A stretch of DNA of 64,000 nt from an uncultured Gammaproteobacteria bacterium (GCA_963768295.1 CAVYHN010000009.1:262548-326547), one strand, 5' to 3'. Positions 8,595 through 19,557 are shown, counted from the stretch's first letter. Translations and numbers: made by a program. Notes: a model not told the origin generated them from the sequence alone.

Positions 8595-10076
8595 CTATGC
8601 GTGATTCTTGTTAATGATGTGGTTATAACGCAGCGCCAGCGCCTCCTGGTCAAAATGCTCGCCGTGTTGCTGCATCAGCGACACCGCCCGGCTAATCAGG
8701 CGATGACTCTTCGCCGGTTCCAGGTCTTCCGGCACCTGCTGCCCGGTACCGCAGTAAGCCAGCACCAGTTGATGGCGAATCGATGCGGTAATAATGCCGC
8801 CGAGGCTGGCGGCTTCGTCCAGCTTGGTGACAATCGCGCCCGCCAGCTTTACCTTGTTGAAATTGAGAATGGTCTGGTTCAGCGCCGCCAGCTGGGTATT
8901 CGCCGACAGCACCAGGTACGGCTTGATCTGGGGTGCGCCGGCCTGCAGCCGATGAAACTGTTCGCTCAAACGCAAATCACGTTGACTCATGCCGGCGGTA
9001 TCGATCAATACCAGCTTCTTGTCGGCCAGCATGTCGAGTCGATCGCCGAGCTCTTCGCTATTGCTCGCCGTCAGCATCGGCACTTCCAGCAAACGCGCAA
9101 AATGCTGTAATTGTTCCTGCGCGCCGATCCTGAACTGGTCGGTGCTGATCATCGCCACCGAGCGCTTGCCATGGGTATGCGCAAAACGCGCCGCGAGCTT
9201 GGCAATGGTGGTGGTCTTGCCCACCCCGGTGGATCCCACCAGCGCGATGCGGCCACCCTCGGCCAGCAGGTCGCGACGGTTGATCGGCAGACAGGAGGCG
9301 ATAATGCCAAGCGCCTGCTGCCAGACCTTGTGCGGATCTTCGTTCAGCTTATCCAGGTGCGACAGTACGGTTTCACAAATATCTGCGCCCAGACCCATTT
9401 CCGACATCAGGTTCAATAACACGGTCCGCACCGGATGTTTTTGGCTGAATCGATCCCACTGCAAAACCGACAGCTGGCTTTCCATCAGATCGCGCAGGTT
9501 TTGCAACTCGTTTTTGACTTCATCGATAACCGGCCTTTCGGGTGCGGGCCTGACCGCGGCTGGTTGCTGCCTTTTGACCGCCGGTTTCCTGGCAACCGGC
9601 TTTTGTGCGACCGGCTTTCTGGCGGCCGGCTTTGGCGCCGGCCTGGCGACAGGCGGTTTGCTGCGAGCCTTCGCCGCCGCCGGTTTGATAGCTGGCCGAC
9701 GCACGGGCTGCGCTTGAGCCTGGCTGATGGGCTCCGCTAGCGGCGCCTGCCGGAACTGCGATCTGGAACCGCCGGCTGCCACCGGCCCAAGCGTTGGCTC
9801 CCTGCGGCCATCGTTAAGCGTCGAGCCAACCCAGGCATCGCTGGCCACGTCGTTAGCCGCGCCAGTGCTGGCAACGGGCCTTGATTCCCTGCGCGGCGCC
9901 GGCGCCTGGCTCGCCATGCTGGCGATTGCCGCTTCGTCATAGTCGACCGCGGACAGGATTTCGACACCTCCGGGCACCTTTTTGTTACCCAGGATAACCG
10001 CGTCCGGACCCTGTTCCTGTTTGACCAGGATCAGTGCGTCGCGCATGGTTGCTGCAAACGTACGTTTAATTCTCAT
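8595..10076 (-). CDS. flhF: flagellar biosynthesis GTPase FlhF (SRP-family)
   Basis: C-terminal SRP-type GTPase (GSTGVGKTTTIAKLAA...), basic Pro/Ala-rich linker; overlaps the flhA end. Confidence 0.9.
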   Translation of the reverse strand: MRIKRTFAATMRDALILVKQEQGPDAVILGNKKVPGGVEILSAVDYDEAAIASMASQAPAPRRESRPVASTGAANDVASDAWVGSTLNDGRREPTLGPVAAGGSRSQFRQAPLAEPISQAQAQPVRRPAIKPAAAKARSKPPVARPAPKPAARKPVAQKPVARKPAVKRQQPAAVRPAPERPVIDEVKNELQNLRDLMESQLSVLQWDRFSQKHPVRTVLLNLMSEMGLGADICETVLSHLDKLNEDPHKVWQQALGIIASCLPINRRDLLAEGGRIALVGSTGVGKTTTIAKLAARFAHTHGKRSVAMISTDQFRIGAQEQLQHFARLLEVPMLTASNSEELGDRLDMLADKKLVLIDTAGMSQRDLRLSEQFHRLQAGAPQIKPYLVLSANTQLAALNQTILNFNKVKLAGAIVTKLDEAASLGGIITASIRHQLVLAYCGTGQQVPEDLEPAKSHRLISRAVSLMQQHGEHFDQEALALRYNHIINKNHA

Positions 10077-12183
10077 TACCAGTCCTCACTTCACTCTGGG
10101 CTTCGGGTGCGCCGATATTGGCGACCACCCGCAGTTGCTTGTCATCCGGTACTTCGTCGTAGCTGAGCACGTGCAGCCCTGGAATCGCATGCCGCACCAT
10201 GCGCGCCAACAGCGTTCTGAGGTTTTGCGAGACCAGCAGCACCGCGGCTTCACCACGTGCCTGCTGCATCTCAGATGCCTGTTTTAGCGAGCTATGTATC
10301 ATTTGCGCCATCCCCGGTTCGAATGCCATGACGTTAGTGTCCTGTCCTGGTATTGATTGAAGCAAAATCTGTTCCAAGGTTGGGTGCAAGGTCATGACAG
10401 TGAGCTCTGACGCCATTCCAAAGATGTTTTGCACGATCTGACGGCCAAGGCTGATGCGTACCTGGGCGCTGAGGACGCCGGCATCTTGACTCTTGCTGCC
10501 ATGTTCTGCCAATGTTTCGGCGATCGTGCGTAAATCGCGTATCGCGATCTGCTCCTGCAGCAGATTTTGCAATACCTTGACGATAATGCTGAGTTCGAGC
10601 GGTTTGGGCGTCAGGCCATCGACCAGTTTGGGCGATGAGCGCTTCAGCACTTCGAGTAATTCCTGAACTTCCTCGTGCCCGATCAATTCATGCGCATTGT
10701 CCTGCAGCAACTGACTCAGGTGGGTCGCGATTACGGTCGAGGCGTCGACCACGGTGTAACCCAGGGTTTGTGCGTGATCGCGCTGCGACGGCTCGATCCA
10801 GAAGGCATCGAGACCGAAGGCGGGGTCCTTGGTCGGAGTGCCGCTGAGCTCCCCGTAAACTGAGCCTGGATTGATCGCGAGGTCGCGGTTGGGCAGCACC
10901 TCGGCTTCGCCCATGGGCACCCCGAGCAGGCTCAGGCGATAACTGTTCGGCGACAGATCCAGGTTGTCGCGGATATGCACGGGCTGAATCAGGAAACCGA
11001 GTTCCTGCGACAATTTTTTGCGCACGCCCTTGATGCGCGTCATCAATTCGCCACCCTGGCGCGCATCCACCAGCGGAATCAGGCCATAACCGACTTCGAG
11101 TCCAATGATGTCGACGGTCTGTACATCGTCCCAGCTCAGTTCACGCTGCTCAGGACGCGGTTCCACTTCTTCCGGCTCGACTTCGACCAGCTCGCCGCGC
11201 TGTTTCTTGCGGTACAGCATGTAGGCCAGGCCGCCGCCGATCGCCGCGATTGTCAAAAACGCGAAGTTAGGCATGCCTGGAATCAGGCCCAGCAGCATGA
11301 TAATGACAGCCGCCACGACGAGCGCGCGCGGATTGTCGAACATCTGGCTGAATACCTGGCTCGACATGGACTCAGAATTGGAAACGCGGGTCACGATGAT
11401 CGCGGTCGCGGTCGACAGCACCAGTGACGGAATCTGCGCCACCAGGCCGTCACCGATGGTCAGCAAGGTGTAGTTACGCACCGCGACCCCGACCTCGAGG
11501 TCGTGCTGAAACACGCCGATCGCAAGCCCGCCAATGATATTGATAAACAGAATCAGGATGCCGGCGATGGCGTCGCCGCGCACAAATTTGCTGGCGCCGT
11601 CCATGGAACCGTAAAAATCCGCCTCCTGGGCAATTTCGGTACGCCGTTGACGCGCCTCCTCCTGGCTGCAGAGACCGGCATTCAGATCGGCGTCGATCGC
11701 CATTTGCTTACCCGGCATGGCGTCGAGGGTAAAACGGGCGCTAACCTCAGACACCCGACCGGCACCCTTGGTAACCACGACAAAGTTGATAATGACGAGA
11801 ATCGCGAACACCACCAGGCCGACCGCGTAGTTGCCACCGATGACAAAATCGCCGAAGGCTTCGATCACCTTGCCCGCGGCCTCGGTGCCGGTGTGGCCTT
11901 CGAGCAGAACCACCCGCGTCGAAGCGATGTTGAGCGCCAGCCGCAGCAGCGTTGCCACCAGCAATATGGTCGGAAACACGGTGAAATCGAGTGGTCGCAG
12001 AGCGTAAACCGACACCAGCAGCACCACCAGGCCAAATGCGATGTTGAAGGTAAACAGCATATCCAGCGCCATCGGCGGCAGCGGTATGACCACCATCGCC
12101 AGCATCATGATGACGATTATCGGGGCGCCCAGACCCTGGGGATTAAAGCCCCTGAGTTGCGCGGTTAATGTCTCTCCGGCCAT
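10066..12183 (-). CDS. flhA: flagellar type III export gate protein FlhA
   Basis: 705 aa, 8 N-terminal TM helices plus cytoplasmic FlhA C-domain; conserved FHIPEP region. Confidence 0.95.
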   Translation of the reverse strand: MAGETLTAQLRGFNPQGLGAPIIVIMMLAMVVIPLPPMALDMLFTFNIAFGLVVLLVSVYALRPLDFTVFPTILLVATLLRLALNIASTRVVLLEGHTGTEAAGKVIEAFGDFVIGGNYAVGLVVFAILVIINFVVVTKGAGRVSEVSARFTLDAMPGKQMAIDADLNAGLCSQEEARQRRTEIAQEADFYGSMDGASKFVRGDAIAGILILFINIIGGLAIGVFQHDLEVGVAVRNYTLLTIGDGLVAQIPSLVLSTATAIIVTRVSNSESMSSQVFSQMFDNPRALVVAAVIIMLLGLIPGMPNFAFLTIAAIGGGLAYMLYRKKQRGELVEVEPEEVEPRPEQRELSWDDVQTVDIIGLEVGYGLIPLVDARQGGELMTRIKGVRKKLSQELGFLIQPVHIRDNLDLSPNSYRLSLLGVPMGEAEVLPNRDLAINPGSVYGELSGTPTKDPAFGLDAFWIEPSQRDHAQTLGYTVVDASTVIATHLSQLLQDNAHELIGHEEVQELLEVLKRSSPKLVDGLTPKPLELSIIVKVLQNLLQEQIAIRDLRTIAETLAEHGSKSQDAGVLSAQVRISLGRQIVQNIFGMASELTVMTLHPTLEQILLQSIPGQDTNVMAFEPGMAQMIHSSLKQASEMQQARGEAAVLLVSQNLRTLLARMVRHAIPGLHVLSYDEVPDDKQLRVVANIGAPEAQSEVRTGNEN

Positions 12184-12199
12184 TTATTCTACTCCTCGC

Positions 12200-13330
12200 T
12201 CAGGCTTCTTCGTCGGTTGGCATATAGGGATCGGGGCGCTCTGGCATGTCACTGCCGTGTTGTCGTGCGAGGCGCAGCTGAAAAACGAAGGCAAGCACCT
12301 GGGCCACCGCAAAATAGAGATGAGACGGGATTTCCTGGTCGATCTTGCAGTTGGCGTAAAGCGCGCGCGCCAGCGGCGGTGCCTCGAAAATTTCGATTTC
12401 GTGGAATGCGGCAATTTCCCTGATCTTGAGTGCGATCAGATCCTTGCCCATTGCCAGTACCAGCGGCGCCGCCATGTTGTCGTGGTCATATTTCAGCGCC
12501 ACTGCGTAATGCGTCGGGTTGGTGATGATGACGTCGGCTTCGGGCACTGATTCCATCATGCGGCGCTGCGCCATTTCCTGCTGCACCTGGCGCACCCTGG
12601 ATTTGACTTCCGGCTTGCCCTCGGTGTCTTTCATTTCGTCGCGTACTTCCTGCAGCGTCATCTTCAACTTTTGCGAGTGATCCCACAGCTGGAACGGCAC
12701 GTCGATCGCGGCGATCAGAATCAGCGTCGAGGAAACTACCAGGAAGCTCTGGCCAATCAACCAGGCGCCGTTTTGCAACGCCAGCGCCAGCGACTGCGCA
12801 CCCAGGCCGAGAAAGTCGTCGGCCTTGCTCCATAAAAAAGTCACGGCAACCACCGACACCACCAGGAATTTGGCCACGGCCTTGATCAATTCCATCAATC
12901 CCTTGGAGGAAAACATGCGCTTGAAGCCGTTGATCGGATTGATGCGGTCGGTTTTGAACGCCATCGCGTCGACGCTGAAGGCCCAGCCGCCGATGGCCAG
13001 TGGCGTAAAAATTGCGACCACCGTCATCAGGACCATGAATGGGCCGATCGCAGCGAGCGCATCGTATATCGTGACAGTGAAGCGCTCTAACAGGGCCTGC
13101 GATGAAAAAACCTCGGCGCGCGAGAGCCTGAATCCCTGCGTCATGAAACCCGAAATATCGGCGATCATTTGCGCGCCCATGAAGAGCAAGCCGAGCGCGC
13201 CGAATACCATGACGGTCATGCTGTTGAGTTCCTTGGAGCGCGGCACCTGCCCCTTTTGCTTCGCGTCGCGAAGTTTTTTCGGGGTTGGTTGTTCGGTTTT
13301 TTCCTGACCCGAGTCGCTTTCGTTCGCCAT
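12200..13330 (-). CDS. flhB: flagellar export switch protein FlhB
   Basis: 376 aa, 4 TM helices plus cytoplasmic domain with an NPTH autocleavage motif (…ITNPTHYAVALKY…). Confidence 0.95.
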   Translation of the reverse strand: MANESDSGQEKTEQPTPKKLRDAKQKGQVPRSKELNSMTVMVFGALGLLFMGAQMIADISGFMTQGFRLSRAEVFSSQALLERFTVTIYDALAAIGPFMVLMTVVAIFTPLAIGGWAFSVDAMAFKTDRINPINGFKRMFSSKGLMELIKAVAKFLVVSVVAVTFLWSKADDFLGLGAQSLALALQNGAWLIGQSFLVVSSTLILIAAIDVPFQLWDHSQKLKMTLQEVRDEMKDTEGKPEVKSRVRQVQQEMAQRRMMESVPEADVIITNPTHYAVALKYDHDNMAAPLVLAMGKDLIALKIREIAAFHEIEIFEAPPLARALYANCKIDQEIPSHLYFAVAQVLAFVFQLRLARQHGSDMPERPDPYMPTDEEA

Positions 13331-13342
13331 CGCCGGTCGTCC

Positions 13343-14125
13343 TTACGGAGTCACTATGGATTGCGACAGTTGCATCGCCTGCAGCATCATCTGGTTGATA
13401 CGCGGCAAAAATCCCGGCAGCACCAGTAACAGGATAATGAACCCCATGAACATGGTGACCGGGAAACCCACCGAAAAGATGTTCAGCTGTGGCGCGGCGC
13501 GGGTCATAACGCCCATCGCCAGGGTGATGACCAGCATCGAGATCAGCGCCGGGATAGCCACCCATATAGCCCCGACAAACATTTGGCTGCCCCAGGAAAT
13601 CAACGCCCAGAAACTGTCGCGACCGACACCGGTGGACGAGATCGGCAGGGTTTCGAAGCTGCTCACGACCAGCTGGATCAGCATCAGATGCCCGCCCAGC
13701 GCAAGAAACAGCAGGGTGCCGATAATGATCAGGAATTGCGATATTACCGGCACGTTAACCCCGTTGGTCGGATCGACCATCGAGGCGAAGCCGAGGCCCA
13801 TGCTCATGGCGATCGCTTCACCGGCAATCATCAACGCGCCAAATACCAGCTGCAGGGTGAAGCCAATCGACAGGCCGATCAGGATTTGTTGCACGGAGAC
13901 AAAGATCCCCGCCAGCGAAAGCGCTTCCACCTGGGGCAGGTCGGGCAATAGCGGTACCACCAGCACCGACAGCACGAAGGTGATAATGATCTTGACGCGA
14001 ATCGGCACCAGGCGTGTGCCGATAACCGGCATCGCCAGCAGCATCGCACCGATACGCATCATCGGCCAGATCAGAGACCCAACAAATGCGGTGGCCTGGG
14101 CGAAATCGAAATCCATCTGCGTCAA
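13343..14125 (-). CDS. fliR: flagellar export apparatus protein FliR
   Basis: 260-aa polytopic membrane protein directly upstream of flhB. Confidence 0.9.
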   Translation of the reverse strand: MTQMDFDFAQATAFVGSLIWPMMRIGAMLLAMPVIGTRLVPIRVKIIITFVLSVLVVPLLPDLPQVEALSLAGIFVSVQQILIGLSIGFTLQLVFGALMIAGEAIAMSMGLGFASMVDPTNGVNVPVISQFLIIIGTLLFLALGGHLMLIQLVVSSFETLPISSTGVGRDSFWALISWGSQMFVGAIWVAIPALISMLVITLAMGVMTRAAPQLNIFSVGFPVTMFMGFIILLLVLPGFLPRINQMMLQAMQLSQSIVTP

Positions 14126-14391
14126 CCGATAAGTCCCGGAATGCTGAGGTACAGGCGCTGGGTAAAACTCAGCAACAGATTCAGCATCCAGGGACCGGCG
14201 ATCAGAATCGACAGCAGCAGGACCATGAGTTTGGGAATAAAGCTCAGCGTCTGTTCATTGATCGAGGTCGCGGCCTGGAACATACCGATCAATAAACCGA
14301 TCCCCAGCGCCGACAGCAACATCGGCGCCGCGATCAGCGCGATCAGGTAGAGCGCCTGCTGTGACAGGTCGATTACCATGTCGGGCGTCAT
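14122..14391 (-). CDS. fliQ: flagellar export apparatus protein FliQ
   Basis: 89-aa two-TM protein between fliP and fliR. Confidence 0.9.
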   Translation of the reverse strand: MTPDMVIDLSQQALYLIALIAAPMLLSALGIGLLIGMFQAATSINEQTLSFIPKLMVLLLSILIAGPWMLNLLLSFTQRLYLSIPGLIG

Positions 14392-14392
14392 C

Positions 14393-15136
14393 TCAGGCGC
14401 CTATCAGGAAACTCGATGCCAACGTCCCCATGATCAGCGCCCAGCCATCGACCAGTACGAACAGCATCAATTTGAATGGCAGGGAGATAATCATCGGTGA
14501 CAGCATCATCATACCCATCGACATCAGCACGCTGGCGACTACCAGGTCGATAACGACGAAGGGGATGAAAATCAGAAAACCGATCTGGAAAGCCGTTTTC
14601 AGCTCGCTGGTGACGAAGGCGGGCATCAGCAGGGTCAGCGGCGTTTTTTCCGGGGATTCGATTTCCGTGACTCCGGCGATATCGGCAAACATGCGAATAT
14701 CGGTTTCGCGCGTCTGGGCCAGCATGAAAGTCTTGAAGGGTTCGGTCGCCGCGCGCAATGCGTCCAGCGCCGTCAGCGAGCCATCCAGGTATGGCTGCAC
14801 CGCCAGCAGGTAGACCTGGTCGAACACCGGAGACATGATGAAGAGCGTCAGAAACAGGGCCAGCCCCAGAATGATCTGATTAGACGGTGTTTGCGCGGTA
14901 CCGAGCGCCTGGCGCAGTATCGACAGCACGATAATGATGCGGGTGAACGACGTCATCATCAGCAAAATTGCTGGCAACAGCGTCAACATCGTCATCAGCG
15001 CCAGAATTTCCAGGGTCACGCTATAGGTTTGACCCGCACCGCTGCCCGCGTCGACCGAAATTGCCGGGATGCCGAGCGATTGCGCCTGCGCTGCAGGCAC
15101 CAGCAACATCAGGCAGAGGGCAATCAGATATTTCAT
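14393..15136 (-). CDS. fliP: flagellar export apparatus protein FliP
   Basis: 247 aa with signal peptide and conserved FliP core (…[28 protein letters not shown]…). Confidence 0.9.
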   Translation of the reverse strand: MKYLIALCLMLLVPAAQAQSLGIPAISVDAGSGAGQTYSVTLEILALMTMLTLLPAILLMMTSFTRIIIVLSILRQALGTAQTPSNQIILGLALFLTLFIMSPVFDQVYLLAVQPYLDGSLTALDALRAATEPFKTFMLAQTRETDIRMFADIAGVTEIESPEKTPLTLLMPAFVTSELKTAFQIGFLIFIPFVVIDLVVASVLMSMGMMMLSPMIISLPFKLMLFVLVDGWALIMGTLASSFLIGA

Positions 15137-15552
15137 GAAGTCTCCCGATCACCCATCAGGCGATTGATTTTGCTGGCGAAAGAGCCGGCAACCACCTGCT
15201 CTCCAGATGCCTCCAGCGGTTGTGTCAGCGTATGCAGCTTTTCGATCCGTCCCGGGGTTAATCCGACCAGGATTTGCTCCTCACCGATTTGCAGCAAGAC
15301 AATGCGGTCGCGCGTGCCGATCGACAGCCCGGCGATAATCTTTATCAGGCCGCTATGCGACTGCTGGTTCAGATTGAATTTCTTCACCAGCCACGCCAGC
15401 AGCAGGATCAGGGCCACGATCAGGATCAGGCCACCGGTCAGCTTCAACAGATAGGGAGAGGAAATCGGCTCCAGCGGTGCCGCCGCCAGATTCTCTGTCT
15501 GCGCCCGCAGTACCCCGGAGAACAAACCAATTGTCAGTAACAACCAGCGCAT
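15133..15552 (-). CDS. fliO: flagellar protein FliO
   Basis: 139-aa single-TM protein between fliN and fliP. Confidence 0.7.
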   Translation of the reverse strand: MRWLLLTIGLFSGVLRAQTENLAAAPLEPISSPYLLKLTGGLILIVALILLLAWLVKKFNLNQQSHSGLIKIIAGLSIGTRDRIVLLQIGEEQILVGLTPGRIEKLHTLTQPLEASGEQVVAGSFASKINRLMGDRETS

Positions 15553-15977
15553 TAGCGTAGATTCTTGATTCGATCGGCCGGGCTGATGACATCGGTCAGC
15601 CGAATACCAAACTTTTCATTGACCACGACCACCTCGCCGTGCGCCACCAGGGTGCCGTTGACCAGCACATCCATCGGCTCGCCGGCGAGCCGGTCGAGCT
15701 CGACGATCGAACCCTGGTTGAGCTGCAGCAAATTGCGAATGCTGAGCTGGGTGCGCCCGATTTCCATCGCAATAGTGACCGGGATATCGAGAATAACGTC
15801 GAGCTTGACGTCACCCGACCCGGGTTTCGAGCTATCGTTTAAATGCTTGGCGCTAACCTGCTGAAAACCGTCATCAGCGCTAGCGTCGGACGCGTCATCG
15901 CCCTGCTCGTCCACGGCTGCCGCCCATTCTTCTGCCAGCGCATCTTGATCCACGGCTTCTTCTGTTTCAGTACTCAT
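15552..15977 (-). CDS. fliN: flagellar motor switch protein FliN
   Basis: Acidic N-terminus plus C-terminal SpoA/FliN domain (…VTIAMEIGRTQLSIRNLLQLNQGSIVELDRLAGEPMDVLVNGTLVAHGEVVVVNEKFGIRLTDV…). Start moved to the internal Met 17 nt after the fliM stop. Confidence 0.9.
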   Translation of the reverse strand: MSTETEEAVDQDALAEEWAAAVDEQGDDASDASADDGFQQVSAKHLNDSSKPGSGDVKLDVILDIPVTIAMEIGRTQLSIRNLLQLNQGSIVELDRLAGEPMDVLVNGTLVAHGEVVVVNEKFGIRLTDVISPADRIKNLR

Positions 15978-15993
15978 ATCAATCTCCTGCAGA

Positions 15994-17013
15994 CTATTCG
16001 GGTTGCGCAATTGCGCTTTTGATATCTTCGTTTTCGGGATCGTAGATTTCGACGATTTCTTCGACCTTGACCGCGGTATTACCCTGGTGCTCACCATACT
16101 GGCCGCGAATGATCGGCATCTCTTCGGCGAGCAGAATCACCTGCTCGGGCATATCGATGGGGATGATGTCACCGGCCTTGAAATTGATCAGATCGGATAC
16201 CGGCAGCTGCTTTTCGATAAACAACGCCTGCAAATTTATCCTGGCGTGCATCAGCTCTTCCTTGAGCAGAATCGGCCAGCGTTGGTCGACATCGCCATGG
16301 TCGCTCTGTAAACCCGCATCGAGTACGGTGCGGATCGGTTCGATCATCGAGTAGGGGTAAACCACGTGCAGATCGCCACCGCCGCCTTCGAGCTCGACGT
16401 GAAACGTTGAAACCACGACCACTTCGCTGGGGCTGACGATGTTCGCCATATTCGGATTGACTTCGTGATTGTGATAACTGTATTTCACCGCCATCACCGG
16501 CTCCCAGGCTTTCATCAGATCGATGAAGCACATTTGCACGACCTTTTCGATGACCCTGAGTTCGGTGGAGGTGAATTCCCGACCCTCGATCTTGTCCTGA
16601 ATCGTGCCATCGCCACCGAAAAAATTATCCACCAGAATGAAAACCAGTTTGGGATCGAGCATGATCAAGCCGGTGCCGCGCAGCGGCGCCATTTTAAGCA
16701 TGCTCAGACTGGTAGGAACAAACAGGGTACTGATGTACTTGGAAAACTTGATCATCTCGATGCCGTTGACCGAGATTTCCGGAGACTTACGCAGCAGGTT
16801 GAAAAAGCTGACGCGAAAATAGCGCGCAAAGCGATCGTTAATCATTTCCAGGGTCGGTAAACGCCCCCGGACGATGCGTTCCTGGTCGTTGAAGTCGAAA
16901 GGCCTGGCTTCGCCATCGAGTGCGGATTCTTCCGCGGCGGTATCGATAGCGCCTTCGTCGACGCCACCAAGCAAGGCATCGACTTCGTCCTGGCTGAGAA
17001 TATCAGTACTCAA
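15994..17013 (-). CDS. fliM: flagellar motor switch protein FliM
   Basis: 339 aa. The N-terminal CheY-P binding motif LSQDEVDALL is present; C-terminal SpoA domain. Confidence 0.9.
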   Translation of the reverse strand: MSTDILSQDEVDALLGGVDEGAIDTAAEESALDGEARPFDFNDQERIVRGRLPTLEMINDRFARYFRVSFFNLLRKSPEISVNGIEMIKFSKYISTLFVPTSLSMLKMAPLRGTGLIMLDPKLVFILVDNFFGGDGTIQDKIEGREFTSTELRVIEKVVQMCFIDLMKAWEPVMAVKYSYHNHEVNPNMANIVSPSEVVVVSTFHVELEGGGGDLHVVYPYSMIEPIRTVLDAGLQSDHGDVDQRWPILLKEELMHARINLQALFIEKQLPVSDLINFKAGDIIPIDMPEQVILLAEEMPIIRGQYGEHQGNTAVKVEEIVEIYDPENEDIKSAIAQPE

Positions 17014-17022
17014 GCTGACCCC

Positions 17023-17538
17023 CTATTGCATCACGAAACTGGTGAAGAAGACGTTGTCGACTTCGCCACCCGAACCATGCTCATTGATCACCGTCTGCAC
17101 TGTTTTCAGGGCCGATTTCTGCAACTGCTCCTTGCCCTCGGGCGCGCGCAGTTCAGCGGATGTCTGTTGGCCGAACAAAACCAGGAGGTTGTTGCGAATC
17201 AGGGGTTTGTGTTTCTCCAGATCCTCGGCGACATCATCGTTAAAGGTTAGAACCTGCATCGATATCTGCAGGAACCCGACTGGATCTTCGGGGGCCAGGT
17301 TAACGGTGAAGGCGGGCTTCAGATCGATGTAACTGGGGTCATCGCGAACGGCCACGACTTCCTCTTCGACTCCAGCCTCGGCGCTGTCGTCTCCGCCCCC
17401 GACAATTAACAGGGTGCCACCGATCGAACCACCAACGAGCAACACCGCGCCAATAATTATAAAGATCATTTTCTTTTTGCTACCGCCCGCGGCCGCTGTC
17501 TCTTCTCCAGCTTCTGCCTGTTGCGCTTCTTCTGCCAT
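17023..17538 (-). CDS. fliL: flagellar basal-body-associated protein FliL
   Basis: 171 aa, single TM after an acidic N-terminus, FliL family pattern, first gene of the fliLMNOPQR-flhB block. Confidence 0.85.
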   Translation of the reverse strand: MAEEAQQAEAGEETAAAGGSKKKMIFIIIGAVLLVGGSIGGTLLIVGGGDDSAEAGVEEEVVAVRDDPSYIDLKPAFTVNLAPEDPVGFLQISMQVLTFNDDVAEDLEKHKPLIRNNLLVLFGQQTSAELRAPEGKEQLQKSALKTVQTVINEHGSGGEVDNVFFTSFVMQ

Positions 17539-17568
17539 GTTGCTTCCTCAAGCTGTCTCTATACCTAA

Positions 17569-17590
17569 GGCAGAGCAATTCCTGTGCCAA
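17569..17590 (-). promoter_or_regulatory. sigma-54 promoter (TGGCAC-AGGAA-TTGCT) upstream of fliL
   Basis: Reverse complement reads TTGGCACAGGAATTGCTCTGCC, a perfect match to the -24/-12 consensus, about 34 nt upstream of the fliL ATG. Confidence 0.6.
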
Positions 17591-17822
17591 TAAACTAAAT
17601 TCTTATTTATCAATGGCTTATATAAACAGATTGGCAGGTAGGCAGTTTTTTGACGGATGAATTCTGGCGCAGAGACAATAGTTTGTCGGCCAGCGGAACC
17701 TGCCGAGGACACAATACTTAATTCGAAGCAGTAACTATGCTGTCCGCGAAACTCCTGGTGTCCTCGCAACTACCCCTGTTCATCGAAAAAAATTGCGGCG
17801 CGGACGCCGCAACAAGGGGTAA

Positions 17823-19490
17823 TCAGGCGAAGGTATCTAGCAGACCGTCGCCAGTGAAATAGTTTGCCGGATGCTGCTGTGCCCGGGCCTTGTCCTGTTC
17901 CGGGTTCAATTCTTCACCGTTAGCAGAAGTTTCGTCAGAAGCGGTTTGCGAGCGGGACTGCTGCTGATCCTGGCGCTGTGACACATCGACATTCACGTTT
18001 TGATAACCACTTTCCTGCAGTAAATCACGCAGGCGCACCGAGGCGGATTCGATCAGGTCGCGGGTTTGCGCATGCTGCGTCTGAATCGTAATCGTGGTCG
18101 CGTCATCGGCGATTTTTATTTGCACATCGAGTTTGCCGAGCATCGGCGGATCGAGCCGAATGGTTGCGCTATTCTGCTTCTGGTTGATCATCCAGTTGAC
18201 CCGTTCACCCAGGCCATTGCTCAATTCGCCGGCGTCCGAGGTGCGCGTCAGATTCATGGTTTCAAGCTGAGCCGGCAATGCATTCTGGTTTACCGGCGGC
18301 GCCGTCACCGCGGCGCTAATCGCGTGGCTGTGTCCGCTCACAGACGAGGCTGTTAGCGACTGCTGCGTCTGGCTGCTCGAAATTTGTTGCGCCAGTTCCA
18401 GGTTACGGTTAGCGCCAAGCTCCGGACCGGCGGCTTCGGAATGGGTTTTTACCGCTTGCGCCGGCAGCCTGAAAGTCTCAGCCAGGTCGCTGTAATCTAC
18501 GTTTTCCACGCCGGCGGTCACTATTCCGGTTTGCCTGAGCGGGATCGGAACCGCAGCGTCCAGGCCGCGCGGCAATGGCAGGTCGCGCAGCAATGGCAAC
18601 TCCTTGCTGACGGATTCACGAACTGGATTTGCGCTGACCGCCAGCCCGTCTGGCCGGGTATCGGTCAAGCTTACGGGGTTCGGCATCCGCTCGCCGGCTC
18701 CATCCGCCCGGGTTATCGTGGCCCGGGTCTCGAACGCGGGTATTTTCAGCCTGGCGTCAGGCTCGCTGCGGGTGGCGTTTTCTGCAGCTAAAGTTGCGTT
18801 GAGCGACGCCTGGACATCAGGTGAAGGCTGACCGCCGGCAAGTCGTGCCGAGCTCGACTCGGCAACGATCGATTGTATTCCGTTGCCAGTTAAACTGGCC
18901 GCTGCTGTGGCAACGCTACCACCGCTATCGGTGGCGACTGCGGGCGTCGGTGCTGGCGCAAGCGGATTAACCAGGGCTTCGGCAGCGACCGACGCGGGGT
19001 TGATCGCGGCGCTGGCGGAACCTGGCCGGAGTGCTGCCGGCATGATTTCAGCGCGCGGCATTGCGAGCCCGCCGATCGCTGCATCGGGCAATAAATTTCC
19101 GCCGACAGGCAATGGTTCGCCGGTCCCGATCGGTATTTGAGCGCCTGCCACAGCAAACGCTCGTGGCTGATCCAGCAGGGACGTATCAATATCGACCGGG
19201 GTTAGCGCAACCGGATCGGCATCTGTCGAAATATGGATTTGCTGCTGTGACAGGAAGTCCTGCCAGGCCGCGGCCGCCGGGCCGACAGGGTTCAACTCCG
19301 AAGTCTGGGCCGCGCTCGAAAAATTTTCAAAAAACTCTTTAAATTCAATAATTTGATCGGCATTCTCGGGATCAGCAGGGAGTTGTTGCCGAGGTAAACC
19401 GGTAAAGCCGTCACCGCCTCCCGGCGCGACCACGGGCATATCCTGCATCTCCAGGGTCAGGGAGCGTATCTCGGTAAGCATTATGTTCAT
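17823..19490 (-). CDS. fliK: flagellar hook-length control protein FliK
   Basis: 555 aa, low-complexity N-terminal and middle regions, conserved C-terminal Flg_hook domain (…TIRLDPPMLGKLDVQIKIADDATTITIQTQHAQTRDLIESASVRLRDLLQESGYQNVNV…). Position between fliJ and fliL. Confidence 0.85.
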   Translation of the reverse strand: MNIMLTEIRSLTLEMQDMPVVAPGGGDGFTGLPRQQLPADPENADQIIEFKEFFENFSSAAQTSELNPVGPAAAAWQDFLSQQQIHISTDADPVALTPVDIDTSLLDQPRAFAVAGAQIPIGTGEPLPVGGNLLPDAAIGGLAMPRAEIMPAALRPGSASAAINPASVAAEALVNPLAPAPTPAVATDSGGSVATAAASLTGNGIQSIVAESSSARLAGGQPSPDVQASLNATLAAENATRSEPDARLKIPAFETRATITRADGAGERMPNPVSLTDTRPDGLAVSANPVRESVSKELPLLRDLPLPRGLDAAVPIPLRQTGIVTAGVENVDYSDLAETFRLPAQAVKTHSEAAGPELGANRNLELAQQISSSQTQQSLTASSVSGHSHAISAAVTAPPVNQNALPAQLETMNLTRTSDAGELSNGLGERVNWMINQKQNSATIRLDPPMLGKLDVQIKIADDATTITIQTQHAQTRDLIESASVRLRDLLQESGYQNVNVDVSQRQDQQQSRSQTASDETSANGEELNPEQDKARAQQHPANYFTGDGLLDTFA

Positions 19491-19557
19491 GTCGTCATCC
19501 GGTCAGTACCTGTTTTGCAATGGCTTTGCGGGCTATTGCCTGTATTGCCTGTACTGA

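Noticed and set aside
13356-14132. Long + strand ORFs (for example 13356..14132 258 aa, 39118..39969 283 aa, 22174..22887 237 aa, 8989..9717 242 aa) inside the flagellar cluster
   Set aside because: All are antisense to strongly supported minus-strand flagellar genes (fliR, flgI, fliG, flhF). Their composition (Ser/Arg/Pro/Cys-rich) is typical of GC-rich antisense frames.
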